A stretch of DNA of 64,000 nucleotides from Octopus bimaculoides (lineage: Eukaryota). Each line of letters opens with the position of its first letter. Within the stretch, counting starts at the first letter, position 1. The notes under the pieces were generated by a model. It did not search any database, was not told where the DNA came from, and saw only the letters and a list, made by a program, of their open reading frames with translations. This document shows, one piece after another, positions 26,711-39,543 of this stretch. Both the position numbers and the translations under genes were made by a program. The stretch is taken from assembly GCF_001194135.2 (NCBI RefSeq), contig NC_069001.1, positions 39,505,180 through 39,569,179 of the forward strand. The letters are read 5' to 3'.

Positions 26711-29421
26711 ACTGCAGATCAAAGTTAATATCAAAGTTGAATCTGGAGAAATGCATTGATAGAGTTTAGAATATAACATACATGTTGTTGTTGTTGTTGT
26801 TGAACTATTTATTGTTGTTGTTGGTGGTGGTGGTGGGGACGGTGGTGATGAGCTGTTTATTGTTGTTCTGTTGTTATTGTCGCTGTTGTTGCAGTTACTG
26901 TTGTATGTCAAAGATAATGTTATCGACAGAAGAAAAACAAAAAGCAATAAAAAAAAATCAGCCAATAAAGATAAGTGTATAAGTCGATCACTTGAACTCA
27001 TCGATCTTATTTCAATATCATCAAAATCAAATAGGAATGCGATCTGTTAAAAATATCGATTTCTTTACATTGGTGGACAGAGAGACAGGAGTAGAATTGA
27101 GTCACCCCCCTCCCCCAATCAATCTATTGTCAACGTGATTGCCTCTTAATCCCAGTAGAAACCAGTTCAATAATTAGATTATTTTTGTTGTTGCTGTTGT
27201 TGTTGTTAACATTACTCTTGTTTTCCCTGTCGTCATTTTTATTGGTTTTTGTGGTTGTTTTAGGTTTTGGTCTTTCACCGATCGTTGTTCTTGCTTTTGC
27301 TGTTGTCACGTTTGACGTTTGTTGCGGTTTGGTTTTTATAACACCAGGAGACACCGAAGCCCCGATCCTTTTCAATTGGTCTGAAACTGGAAGTTATTCT
27401 CAGACCACGGATCTGATTTAAATACTGTTGACAGACTGGACATTCCTAACTCCTCAGCTAAAGACCACCCATAAGGGCCAGGGTGTGGCACGAATGTGGA
27501 TGACGGATTAAATTTACCAACCTAAACAACAACTACCCCCTCCACCTTCACTGGGCTTCTACACAGTTTCTGGCAACCAAATTTCACTGATAAATCTTTG
27601 GTCAACCCCAAACAGTGGTTGAAGACGGACAATTTGCCGCGCAGTGAGAATGAATCTTAAACCACGTACTTGTGAAACAAACTTATTGACCGCTCGGTCA
27701 TGTTTAACCCTGACAGAAACGGTGCTTTGATAAAGGGCTCTCCAGTCATGACGAACCCGTAAATGTTTCACGGATAATATCATTTAGTGTGATATGAGGT
27801 TGATTTGGCTGCTATAGCTGGCCGGTTGATCAACCTCTTAGGTTCACAACACAATTGAATTAAAGATAAACCTTTCCCTCGATTGGTTATAAAAAGAAAG
27901 ACTTAAAGAAGGAGATTAAATATTCCTGACAGCTGGGTGGACGAGGTCAGCCAGAACAGAGTGAAATACGAGATCAGTGCACGACAGAAAAATCTATGTA
28001 CCCGCTGGACTTGCTAGAAATAACAGCCAAATCTCCTTCCAATGTTCTCAGAGATGCCCCAGTATGACTACAATACCATATACAGAAACCAATAAGCATT
28101 TATTGTGTTCTTTTATCGATCTAGCTGACTGATAGCTGATTTCACTGTAAAATCCTCTCCGAATCAAGTTTTTTCCTGCAGTTAATATCAATTTACCCCG
28201 GAAAGTATTTATTTTTGTTGTTTTCCAGTGATAAATAAATGTATTTGGCATTAAATTTGTTTCAAGGAAGACTTTGAATCTTTTTCTCTATCTTTGTAAA
28301 TTATCTTTATAGAATTAATTGAAATAGGAATTTCAATTTGTCCAAACAATGAAATCTTTGATTTGGTGCATTTATCGGCAAAAATCGAAAGTATGTTTAG
28401 CTGTGTATAATGTAAAGTTTACTTTATTCGGTTTGGTTATCAGAACATTAGCTTCCACTTATTATCGATACGAAAATTGATTTGTAACGAATAAAATATT
28501 ATTTAGTGAAACATCTGATATAACGTAACATTAATAAGATTCTCGGAGGTTATGAAGCTTCCTTTTGTCCGATTTCTATGTGTAAAAACACTTCACAATA
28601 TTACAGAGTTATTCAATATCAATTGCTAAGAATTATTGCTGTTGTGTTCCTTGTTGAATATCGGAATATCCTTATCTAAAATTGGACGGCACAATGCAAT
28701 ATTATGGAAATATGAAACTATAATTTCAATCAACAGATTTGCTTTTAAATCAAGTATTGAGTTATACAGAAAATGATTCAGTTACATTTCTGCTGCTTTC
28801 TGTGTGAATATTAACATTGTTGTTCCTCTTGTGCAAATTATCCAGGCCATGAAGTAGTGCCGTAATGAAGTGACTATCTAATCCTAATGAGAAGGTTCCT
28901 TAATAAACCGCAACACCTTATCACAGCAGCTACCAGTCTCTCTTTCCTAATCACCAATAGGTCTACATAGCGAAGTAATGAATTCTAATTATCATTGTGC
29001 TGACGATGGAAATGACTTCCAGCCAATACTAATACAATTACATTGACTAACCTATTTCTTAGACTGATTCAGCGATACAATTCAGACATTATTTCCAATT
29101 ATTCTTCAACACTGTCCATCACCAAGATCTGTAATTTGTGTGAAAATCTGTTTTATTGAATAGCTTTGGTGTGGTGGACTTAATCTGTCACCCAGTTTGA
29201 ATGGATTTGGTTGTATTTAGCAGAGACACATAACTGTAAGAATCAGACTCGGGTCTCCCGGTCCGGGGGTGACTGCCACTCTCCCCCTCCCCCCTCCCAC
29301 CACCGTAGCCTTCCTCTCCCATGTCGTGGCCTCCTTCCACCGGCCTTGTCCTCCTCTCACCACACTTGCCCTCCCTCCCACCACCCTTGCCCTCCTCCCT
29401 CCCTGTTGTCAAGGACGTCTA

Positions 29422-30361
29422 NNNNNNNNNNNNNNNNNNNNNNNNNNNNNNNNNNNNNNNNNNNNNNNNNNNNNNNNNNNNNNNNNNNNNNNNNNNNNNN
29501 NNNNNNNNNNNNNNNNNNNNNNNNNNNNNNNNNNNNNNNNNNNNNNNNNNNNNNNNNNNNNNNNNNNNNNNNNNNNNNNNNNNNNNNNNNNNNNNNNNNN
29601 NNNNNNNNNNNNNNNNNNNNNNNNNNNNNNNNNNNNNNNNNNNNNNNNNNNNNNNNNNNNNNNNNNNNNNNNNNNNNNNNNNNNNNNNNNNNNNNNNNNN
29701 NNNNNNNNNNNNNNNNNNNNNNNNNNNNNNNNNNNNNNNNNNNNNNNNNNNNNNNNNNNNNNNNNNNNNNNNNNNNNNNNNNNNNNNNNNNNNNNNNNNN
29801 NNNNNNNNNNNNNNNNNNNNNNNNNNNNNNNNNNNNNNNNNNNNNNNNNNNNNNNNNNNNNNNNNNNNNNNNNNNNNNNNNNNNNNNNNNNNNNNNNNNN
29901 NNNNNNNNNNNNNNNNNNNNNNNNNNNNNNNNNNNNNNNNNNNNNNNNNNNNNNNNNNNNNNNNNNNNNNNNNNNNNNNNNNNNNNNNNNNNNNNNNNNN
30001 NNNNNNNNNNNNNNNNNNNNNNNNNNNNNNNNNNNNNNNNNNNNNNNNNNNNNNNNNNNNNNNNNNNNNNNNNNNNNNNNNNNNNNNNNNNNNNNNNNNN
30101 NNNNNNNNNNNNNNNNNNNNNNNNNNNNNNNNNNNNNNNNNNNNNNNNNNNNNNNNNNNNNNNNNNNNNNNNNNNNNNNNNNNNNNNNNNNNNNNNNNNN
30201 NNNNNNNNNNNNNNNNNNNNNNNNNNNNNNNNNNNNNNNNNNNNNNNNNNNNNNNNNNNNNNNNNNNNNNNNNNNNNNNNNNNNNNNNNNNNNNNNNNNN
30301 NNNNNNNNNNNNNNNNNNNNNNNNNNNNNNNNNNNNNNNNNNNNNNNNNNNNNNNNNNNNN
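29422..30361. other. Largest assembly gap (about 940 N); other large gaps at about 19640-20175, 20959-21450, 24013-24321, 40082-40322, 46162-46910
   Basis: N runs; ORFs spanning them are artefacts. Confidence 0.99.
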
Positions 30362-30540
30362 GGATTTTCTGTTTCTTTTGACTTAATTTTTGAGAGCGGT
30401 CGGGTTCATTTTTAGTATTCTCGTTTGTGAGAGCAGTTGAGTTTATTTCAGATATCCTCATTTTAAAAATCATCTCTGGCTAATCGTTGAGAGGACGTTG
30501 ATGTTGTCTTGGCGGAGGTTTGCGCTCTCTGAGTGCTCTT
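30362..30540 (+). mobile_element. Probable 3' end of a Helentron-associated non-autonomous element (HINE/DINE-1-like); 5' part presumably in the gap
   Basis: CTTGGCGGAGG (30508-30518) followed by the GCGCTC-tct-GAGTGC hairpin (30522-30536) and a T-rich end: the subTIR + 3' stem-loop layout of these elements. Matching 5' subTIR not visible. Confidence 0.45.
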
Positions 30541-30567
30541 ATTATTATTTTATCATTTTGCAGCCAG

Positions 30568-30728
30568 TTCGTCTGTCTTTACGTTCTGAGTTCAAATTCC
30601 GCCGAGGTCGACTTTACTGTTCATCTTTTCGGGATCGATAAATTAAGTACCAGTTGCGTACTGGGGTCAATCTAATTGACTAGCCCCTTCCCCAAAATGT
30701 CAGGCCTTGTGTCTAGAGTAGAAAAGAT
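30568..30728 (+). mobile_element. SINE-A, 5'-truncated, 420 bp upstream of the exon
   Basis: acgttctgagttcaaattccgccgaggtcgacttt..tcgataaattaagtaccagttgcgtactggggtc; near consensus. Confidence 0.85.
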
Positions 30729-31035
30729 AATTTTGCTGCCGGTCGTCGTGACTCGGACTATACATGTCTTTGGCATCACTTGATAAGCTCCCCCCGTACC
30801 GATCGGGTTTTCGCTTGAGTTCGCCGTTTATTGTGATCAGTTCCTTCCCACTACATGTTCTTCTTTGCGGTATCTTTGAATTTCAGTCTACGTCTTCCAT
30901 GCTTTTTTGTCCCCTTACATAGTTGAGAATAAAGGGTTTGTCTGGGGAGTTTGTTGTTGTCCATCCCGTGACTCAACCAACGTAAATTTCTAGCATTAAT
31001 TCGAACAAGCAGTTGTGAGGTGCCGACAGTTACGA

Positions 31036-31075
<40 letters not shown>

Positions 31076-31145
31076 TTATGTAAGTGTCTGATACTGCCTT
31101 TTTACTTACAATACCTAATCATTTTCTTTTTGTTCTTTTCTCCAG

Positions 31146-31410
31146 CCTTCGACCGGCTTCAAGGAAATAACAACGACTATAGCAGAGATATGATTGGTGC
31201 CGCAGGTAGCCGACATGTTACCCAACGGAGAAGGGCGTCGCTGGCGTTTCCTCACACGACACCGCACCAGTCGGTATTCAACAATTTACAAGAAGATGGC
31301 GAGGAGATCCGCTTGCCGACCGTGCCAAGGCGCAGGGTGGTGGACACCTCGGATTTACGCACATGCGCCATACTGCAGACCCGCCTAAAGAATGTGAAGC
31401 ACTACCCTGA
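31146..31410 (+). CDS. Internal or first coding exon (265 nt) of an unidentified gene; encodes FDRLQGNNNDYSRDMIGAAGSRHVTQRRRASLAFPHTTPHQSVFNNLQEDGEEIRLPTVPRRRVVDTSDLRTCAILQTRLKNVKHYP(D/E)
   Basis: Strong acceptor (long pyrimidine tract ...ttttgttcttttctccag ending 31145) and perfect donor GTAAGT at 31411-31416. Only one frame stays open (2+87 codons+2 nt). GC- and CpG-rich, non-repetitive sequence against an AT-rich background. In-frame ATG at 31190. No family recognised. Confidence 0.75.
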
Positions 31411-31602
31411 GTAAGTAACCTTTATAATCCCAAATCCTTTACTCTAATACGTTGGCCTGAATTCTCAAATATTCTTCTTGCTTTTTACGAACTAACCCAA
31501 GTTTTAAAGAACATTTAAGGCTGTTTATTAACGTAGATGCGTGTGTGTGTGAATGTGGACAGTACTTTAGATGTTTATAAACACATATAATAATAATAAT
31601 AA

Positions 31603-31642
<40 letters not shown>

Positions 31643-33089
31643 AATAATACAAAGTAAAAAAAAATGTAACAAACATACATATTATCTCCGTCTTCTGATA
31701 AGTGAGCAACCGCTCTCTAAAATGTATAAAGAACACTCAGCATAATCTTGTTTTAAATCATGGATTTTAAAGAACACACACACACATACACACACAAAAG
31801 CATGTATATAAATGTATTGACGTTTCAAGAATGTTAAAATTAACAACAGCTGTTTAAAATATTGATCTCTCGGGGCATTTTCGAATGACGTATAATGATA
31901 GTTAGAAACACAAATTCTGAAATATCTAAGTTGTAAATCTTGAACGGTTACAAGAATTGTGTTGATTCCTTTTCACTGTAAAATATGATAAGCCAGGTAA
32001 GTATTAAACGAAAAACATTTTTACCTGGAATGTATGTTGATGTTTTTGGAGAGGATCCCCAAATTATGACGTATGTGAGACAAAATAACTTCCTTCGCTG
32101 GAAAATATTAACTGTTAATTTCTCAGACTTTTAACAAATATCAAAACAAAACAAAACATAAAAAAGAAAGAAAAAAGGCCTCGTGACATTTATTTATATT
32201 AACCTCAGAATTCCAAAACATGTTAAAGAGTTTGCTGGACAACAATGGTTGTGGCTATGATTTTAATTTATCTGGCGTTACGATTCTAATCTATCTGGCG
32301 TGGCGTGCATGGCAAATAAGGATGTGATAAATATTTTCTATATCTTCCAATTAATGTAGATTTGTCTCAATATCGATATCTGGTCGAAATGATCCGTTTC
32401 AGTATTGCTTTATCGAAATGCAGTAATTTTTCTGGGCACTCTTAAAATTTTTGAAATCCTGCTTTTGTTTCAATTTGATGAGAATGGCTCCATTTCCAAC
32501 CCCAGCCCAAGTTATAGCGGTAGAACCCCTGCACCTTACTCACCAGAATGCAAATGTAACGCATCTCCATGTCCTCTGCACAAATATTGAGTCATGGACG
32601 CGATTGTATTTGGTGCAAAGCGAACCACTGTGAATTGTTTCAACAAAAGCTACATAGGATTAACATAAATTACTTATAAAACCAGATATCCACAGCTCCC
32701 CACTCTCCCAGAGTTAGCAATAAAGTTCACGTCTCTATTGGCATACATATGAAAACTAAAAGCAAGTGAAATTAACAACATTCCTGTTATCTGTAGAATT
32801 GTGAAAAGGTCACTTTGAGTTGATACTGATCAGAGATGCGATTATACCTCGCAGAAAAATAAAACTTGACTGAACGCTTCAGAAGGTTTTGACAAACAAT
32901 AATCAGAATTATATTCTACTTCCAGGCAAAACGATCAAATTTCTCATCAAAAAGTTTCATCTGTAAACCTCGTATGCAATAATCTCAACCACTAACCGGT
33001 CATGCTATACACTGGTTAAAAATACTTTGCAACATCATCTAATAATTTTTATCTCTACAGCACAACGTTCGTCTGCTGGTCATTGCCAG

Positions 33090-33270
<181 letters not shown>

Positions 33271-33599
33271 ATCTGTGGATTCCGCTTCTATACAAAAGAT
33301 GACTGATCATTTTACAGAAAATCATTTCACATCCACCAGAAACCTATCTATCTATCTATCTATCTACACACACACACACAGTAGCTACTTCAGTGAAATG
33401 GTTTCAAACTAGTATCTATATATCTATTATCTCTATGCACAGCAACATTCAGCCGTGGTTAACGTAGATATCAAAGCAAAAGTGTAGCGTGTCACGTGTT
33501 GTGTGACGTTTCCGCATTTCGTTCTATGTCAGTTGCACTTGAAAGAAATAACTATAATAAACCAAATAAACGTAGATCTTTTCTCCAATGAAAATTAAT

Positions 33600-33668
33600 A
33601 ATAATAATGGTTTCAAATTTTGGCACAAGGAGGAGGAGGGGTTAAGTCAATTACGTGGAATCCAGTCT
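33600..33668 (-). mobile_element. SINE-A 3' end fragment with (TAA)n
   Basis: Reverse complement ccttgtgccaaaatttgaaaccattattatt. Confidence 0.6.
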
Positions 33669-34509
33669 TCAACTGCTACTACATTGTTATCCAACGTTAC
33701 GTTCTTTAAGACAATGTTATACGTTTTGAAGGAGAGACGGCAACAACATAGCGGCACATTTATCGTCTTCTGTGTTGAGGGTGTTGTTTACAGAGGCTGG
33801 ACAGTAGGGGTTAAGTTTTGAAATTGTAGAATGTTGCCTCTACCTAACAGTAATATATCGTTGACAATGTTTCCAGGTCTGAGAACTGGAACGATTTCTA
33901 TATTCTTGTTTCTGTTTTCTTTAATTACAAATGGTGAATGACAGAATGGTTAGAGAAGCGGGCAAATATGATTTCAAGAATTTGGATACAGGTCTTTACA
34001 TTCTGAGTTATGTCCCCAGTAAAGTCATTTATTATTTTCTTCTTTTCAGGGTAGGTAAAATAAAGTACCAGTCATACTGTGGTCAATTAGCCTAACTAAA
34101 TCCCATCCGAAAATCCATCTCCGTCAGACAGTCTTAAAGAATATGAACGAGATGAAGGACATAATTATTAGAATTTATTACTGATATGATTAGTAGAACA
34201 CCAGCGATTTGTTGTTCCGTGTCTCTACCTTCTGACTTTAAAATCCACCCGGGCTACCCTTATCTCTGTTCATTCTAGGCTTGATAAAATAATAAAAACC
34301 TCAAATTACTGGTTAGTCCAGCCTGATGGAAGTTTCGTTGGAATTTCCTCCATGTCTGTATTAATTCTGACAACCTTGATGTCACCTGTTTCTGGCGAAG
34401 ACATGGCGAACACAACAACGCCTTTGTTCTACACCAAAGCATTTAAAAATATAAAAATGTTTGAATCCAACATTTGTTGTTGCTGTTGTTCTTATCGTTA
34501 CTACGATTC

Positions 34510-34730
34510 AGGCTGCTATCAGAATCGTTAGCGCATCAGATAAAAAAGCTTGGCGGCACTTCATGTCTTTATATTCTGAGTTCAAATAACACCGAGAACG
34601 ATTTTACCTTTCAGTTTCTCGAGGTCGATAACATAAATAGCAGTCAAGCTCTGAGGTCAAAGTATGCGACTGACCCCTTCGCCAGAATTTCAGACCTAGA
34701 GCTTGTAGTAGAAAGGATTAGTATTACCAA
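34510..34730 (+). mobile_element. SINE-A, diverged
   Basis: cagaatcgttagcg..ttctgagttcaaat..gaggtcgataa..gtagaaaggattagtatta. Confidence 0.75.
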
Positions 34731-36391
34731 GGCAGAGATTCGTTCGATCGTTGAATCGTCCGATTCATTGTCTTATCGGACTTCTGTTTTTATTCTTGGA
34801 TCGATAAAAATAATCAAACGCTGGGATCGATAAAACCCACTCTCACATCCTCCACCCAGTACTTCTGACTTAGTACTCGTTATAAATCCTTGTTAAGGTA
34901 GGGGAGTCATAAACAAGAAACACACTAACACAACATGAGACAAATAACGCATCGATTTTGAAATAATGCTTCAAGGGGAGTAACTCTCAAAGCCTTAATA
35001 TATACTTTCTCAGAGTTATTTCCCTTTGTATGACTATTATGAGCTAAAATCATGTGAAATTATGAATTAAGATGTGTTTTAATTTTATTCTAGCAAAGCA
35101 AGAAAATTTTAAATTTAAAATTACTCTAGCATTTAAATCAGTCATCAGAAAATAAAATCTTTATTCTAAGAGTTCTCTTTAGGCTTTAACCAGATTTTTC
35201 TCTGTCATTAGAAATTATTGCTGGGTAGGGATGGTTCTTTCATTCATATCCATGTCGCTCTCTATCTCGAAAAGGGAGAGAGTTTGGCAGGATGATGTGT
35301 TCGCATCCTAAAAACTCTGGATGCTACGACATCGTTCCTACGATTTTATCTGGGAGGTAACGCTAACCTTCACTTCAATATATATGTGCGTGTCTGTGGG
35401 ATGATGTATGTATGTATGTAAGTAAGTTACTCTTGTTCGAGGAATATTCAGGCAGTTACATATTGATTTCGCGAGAAGTAATTCTCTTGATCGAAGAGTT
35501 GAATACTCATCGTCGTTACCGATGAGGAAACCATCATAAACATATAAAAATGCGTCGTTTGTGAAATTTGTCTTTCCTTTTCTTGTTATTTTTGTAGAAC
35601 ATCTGTCCACGTCGCCATTATTTTCCTGTTTCCCTTCAATATATTCTAAGTTCACTTTAACAAGACTACATTAGAATTACAAGCCATGAAGTATCTCTTA
35701 TCTCTTCTTTTTGTGTATATACGATACCGTTGCTGTCGTAATCGTTGTTTTTGTCCTGCTTAGTCAATTTTCTTCGCTCCGGCCATTTCTAATTGGTCTT
35801 ACGTCGCGCTATTTAGTTCCGACTTCTTTCGCTGTGAGTTCATATCCTATCAACGCCAACATAGCCTTTTATCGTTCTTAGAGTCAGCACAATAAAATAC
35901 TAAATATACATTGAGGTCATTGCAATCGATTATACTCCTTCCCTCCCTCCAACCTTCCCTCCCGCCTTCCTTCCCTCCCGCCTTCCTTCCCTCCCTCGAA
36001 TTTCAGCTCTCATATTCATCAACAAGAAATCAATAACCAGTCACCTGTCACTGCCCCGACATTATCGATTTGTGACAATATTTTACTTACTTAAGAATTT
36101 ATCAGTAAATTTATTGTTAATGTTCCTTCCTCAAAGAAAAAGAAGGTAACTTTTTCCCCTTTACACTACTTCCTTAACAATTCTTAGTTTTTCTATCTCT
36201 CCCTGTCATTACTAAACCCCAGAAGGGGTTCCTAGGAGGGCCCCGGACTTTTAAAAAATCTAATTGAAAGTTTTACTACCAATGCATAAACCTCGAAAAC
36301 AGTTTTATTCATACCTTTAAGATACACAATTTTTAATAGAATAAACAAGAATATTATAAATATTAATTAATATAAATTTTATAAAAGCATA

Positions 36392-36610
36392 AAGCGCCGA
36401 ACTGGAAAAATCGTTCGGACGCCGGACAAAATGTTTCACGGCATTTCATCTGTCTTAACGTTCCGAGTTCATATTCTGCCGAGGTCGACGCTGCCTTTCA
36501 TCCTTTTCAGGGTCGATAAAATAAGTACCAGTTACGCACTGGTGTCGATGTAATCGGCTTACTCCCACTCCCGGCATTGCTAGTCATGCACCAAAATTTC
36601 AAACCAATAT
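36392..36610 (+). mobile_element. SINE-A, full length
   Basis: gaactggaaaaatcgtt..gccgaggtcgac..ggtcgataaaataagtaccagttacgcactgg..aaaatttcaaacc. Confidence 0.85.
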
Positions 36611-37651
36611 TAATTTTATAAAAACATAAGCTTTGCATTTCTTTTACTTCTTTTTTAAACTAATTCCTCCGACGCGAACCCATAATTTTCCGTTTGAGGC
36701 AAAGTCCTAAAACATTGATGTGCACTGATTTATCATAGATTCACTTTCTGAAATTAATCCTAATTTTGTAGACACCGTATTAGCGTTTTTGCTGCATACG
36801 TTTTCTATTTTCCGCATAATTTGCTATTAAATTGTTTTTTAAAGAAATCAATAGATGAGTCGGGAGTTTAATAAAGTGTTTAGCTCTAAGCTACAGCAGA
36901 AAATCTAACGACAAATATTTCGAAAGGCCTGAGTTAATGGCTCTTTAAATGTTAATAATGGCTGTTAAAGTGAAAGTTGAAAGGGAGAGAATTGGTTATC
37001 TCTCGCGTTAAACCATATTGATATCTTTGTGATATAGGAATTTATAATTGTCTAATTCTATTTGATATGATATAAACATGATAAATGTGTAATAAAATAT
37101 ATAATAAAATCGTATTGAAATGGTATCGTTGTGGTCTATAAATTTATAAATTCTACTTGATATAATAAAAATATAATTAGTATTATATATGTAATGATAT
37201 ATGATACAGTTCACCCGTTTGAACAACCACTCAATCCGTGGATATGCCTTTAGTGGAAGTCCCTCTGTTATAAGTACTCAACCCAGACGATGATTTCACA
37301 CCCTCCTCAGTGTGTGTGTGTGTGTGTGAAGCCACAGAGAAGACCACCAGGTGGCTTCGGATAAATAGGGCCGAGTGGTAGTTTGCTCCTACTGGGAGGT
37401 AACCGGAGATTTAATCAACCCCCGGATGGGTCAACAGGGCGGGTGAGGGAGGGAAAGGATGATTTTTGAATGACCCAAAACACTCTGAGACCTTAGGTAC
37501 ATCAACTGATGCTGTCTTTCTGAGCATCCGTAAGCTGTATTTTGGAGCAATAAATATATATGCACATACCAAGTCAAGGGCCCACAACTCTGTCGTGACC
37601 CAGAGCCTGTCTTGGGAATTTTGAACTGGCAGAACCCATCCGTCTTCAAGT

Positions 37652-37685
<34 letters not shown>

Positions 37686-38333
37686 TCGTTGTGTTTGTTA
37701 TAGTTTATTATTATTTATAAATTATTCGACTCTTTACAAACTTACATGTTCGTTGACAATTATTTATAAAAGCAAAATTATTTACTTTTTCTGAGTCTGT
37801 ATTAACCAGAATTTAGCAAAACCTTCTCATATCTGATATTCAGTACATGTTGTAGGACTGCTGAATAGGGGTTACTTCACGTAGCAACGCATTATTATTG
37901 AACTGTTATAACTTCTAACAATTATTAGAACTGATTGTTTTAGCTTTTAGACTAATTCCTATTTTCTTGAAATAAATCTACAGAAAAAAGTGTAAATTGT
38001 ATTCTGTATTCAAAGAGACAACGTCTGTCGAATGGAAAACTAGAGAATTCGATTTTAGTGGAGAGAGATTTACAATTTGAATAATTCAAACCGAATGTTA
38101 TGGCCTCGATTCCTCCTCCGACTTGTTGCGGAAGAAGTCCTAGAATGGGGTCAGAGCACTGCACTTTACCCCCAGAATAAACGAATAAATGTAAACCTTG
38201 CATCTATACACTTGCACATAAACATGTACACACACATAACACATGTACACACACATAACACATGCACACACAATCATACACACACATATACACACACGCT
38301 CTGCAGTATATATTGCGTTTGTAACACTATACA

Positions 38334-38368
<35 letters not shown>

Positions 38369-38951
38369 GACCACTATTCTACGTCCTCCCCCTCGTCAAG
38401 CTCCACATTCCATCCACCCTAATCTGTAAACTGCACCGAAAGCTGGCAATCAATTATCTAACAGCAATATTCTACAGAAACACTTCACTTCTTCCTTTTA
38501 CTTCTCTCTCTCTCTCTCTCTCTTTCTCTCGTACACTTCCGCATAAACTCGTGCACACGCACATATGCGTGTGTGGGAGGCTGTTTGTGTGTGTGTGTGT
38601 GTCTCTTTGTATATGCGTATATTTATGGATATTTTAGTGTATATGTATATGTATAGTGTGGGTGTGCGCGCGCGCGCGTCCGCATGTACAAGAACTCTGA
38701 CCAGTGAATAAATCAATATAGATCCTTCAACTCGTAATTGACCCTCATCCTAACCCTGACCAAGGTATATTCAGCCACCTTTGCCGCTATATACCATAAG
38801 ACTGATTCGTTGGTGTGGCACCGACCTCACTGTGAAATGACAAGTGGGTTGCTGGTTCGCGCCACCGAAATATCGAAACTTCTCACAGCAAATCAATGAT
38901 CGCAACTGGTTGATTCTCTATCCTCGTCTACCGCTACAGTTTTCTACCTTC

Positions 38952-39044
38952 TTCTTTACATGATACCCCCTCCATATATTTTTCTTTACATGATACCCCC
39001 TCCATATATTTTTCTTTACATGGTACCCCCTCCATATATTTTTC
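38952..39044. repeat. 30-bp minisatellite x3
   Basis: ttctttacatg(a/g)taccccctccatatattt repeated with exact 30-nt period. Confidence 0.95.
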
Positions 39045-39452
39045 CATATATGTTATTTTCTGTCTTTATGTAACCTTGTGCACCTCTACATATTTCTCGG
39101 TAATTGTATCGGTAACGTAGCAAGAACTTTAAGCTTGCAGGTACAAACATATTTTTGATGATGATGATGACTGTGTGTGTGTGTGTGTGTGTGTTTTCTT
39201 TGTGCATGTGTGTGTATAACGCAGATAAATCCGGCTTGTGCCTGCTAAACTTGGTAAGACCATTTGCGTGTTCTCAAACGAAACGAAACATCTTTTGTTG
39301 TACTCACTGTTTTAATAAAATGTGTATTTATGTTAAGTCTACAATACCGTGTATGTGTGCGTGTGTGTGTGTGTGTGTAAGCATTCTAATAAATTTGATG
39401 GTGAACTTAGCTTATCTCCATTATTTTTTCTCTCTATCTTGCCTTTTGCTCT

Positions 39453-39454
<2 letters not shown>

Positions 39455-39497
<43 letters not shown>

Positions 39498-39503
39498 ATC
39501 TAT

Positions 39504-39540
<37 letters not shown>
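39455..39540. repeat. (TCTA)n + (TA)n; (GATA)n also at about 23617-23657; (ATT)n at about 31590-31637 and 48448-48500
   Basis: Directly visible. Confidence 0.95.

Positions 39541-39543
<3 letters not shown>

Noticed and set aside
31330-31410. Resemblance of RRVVDTSDLR...QTRLKNVKHYP to the Shaker T1/BTB start (ERVVINVSGLRFETQLKTL..FP)
   Set aside because: It needs indels in a conserved hairpin and lacks the NV(S/G)G motif; too weak to name a gene.
32544-32575. Minus-strand CTG|GTGAGT donor with a 32-nt candidate exon
   Set aside because: Weak acceptor and unrecognisable peptide; such donors occur by chance in 64 kb.
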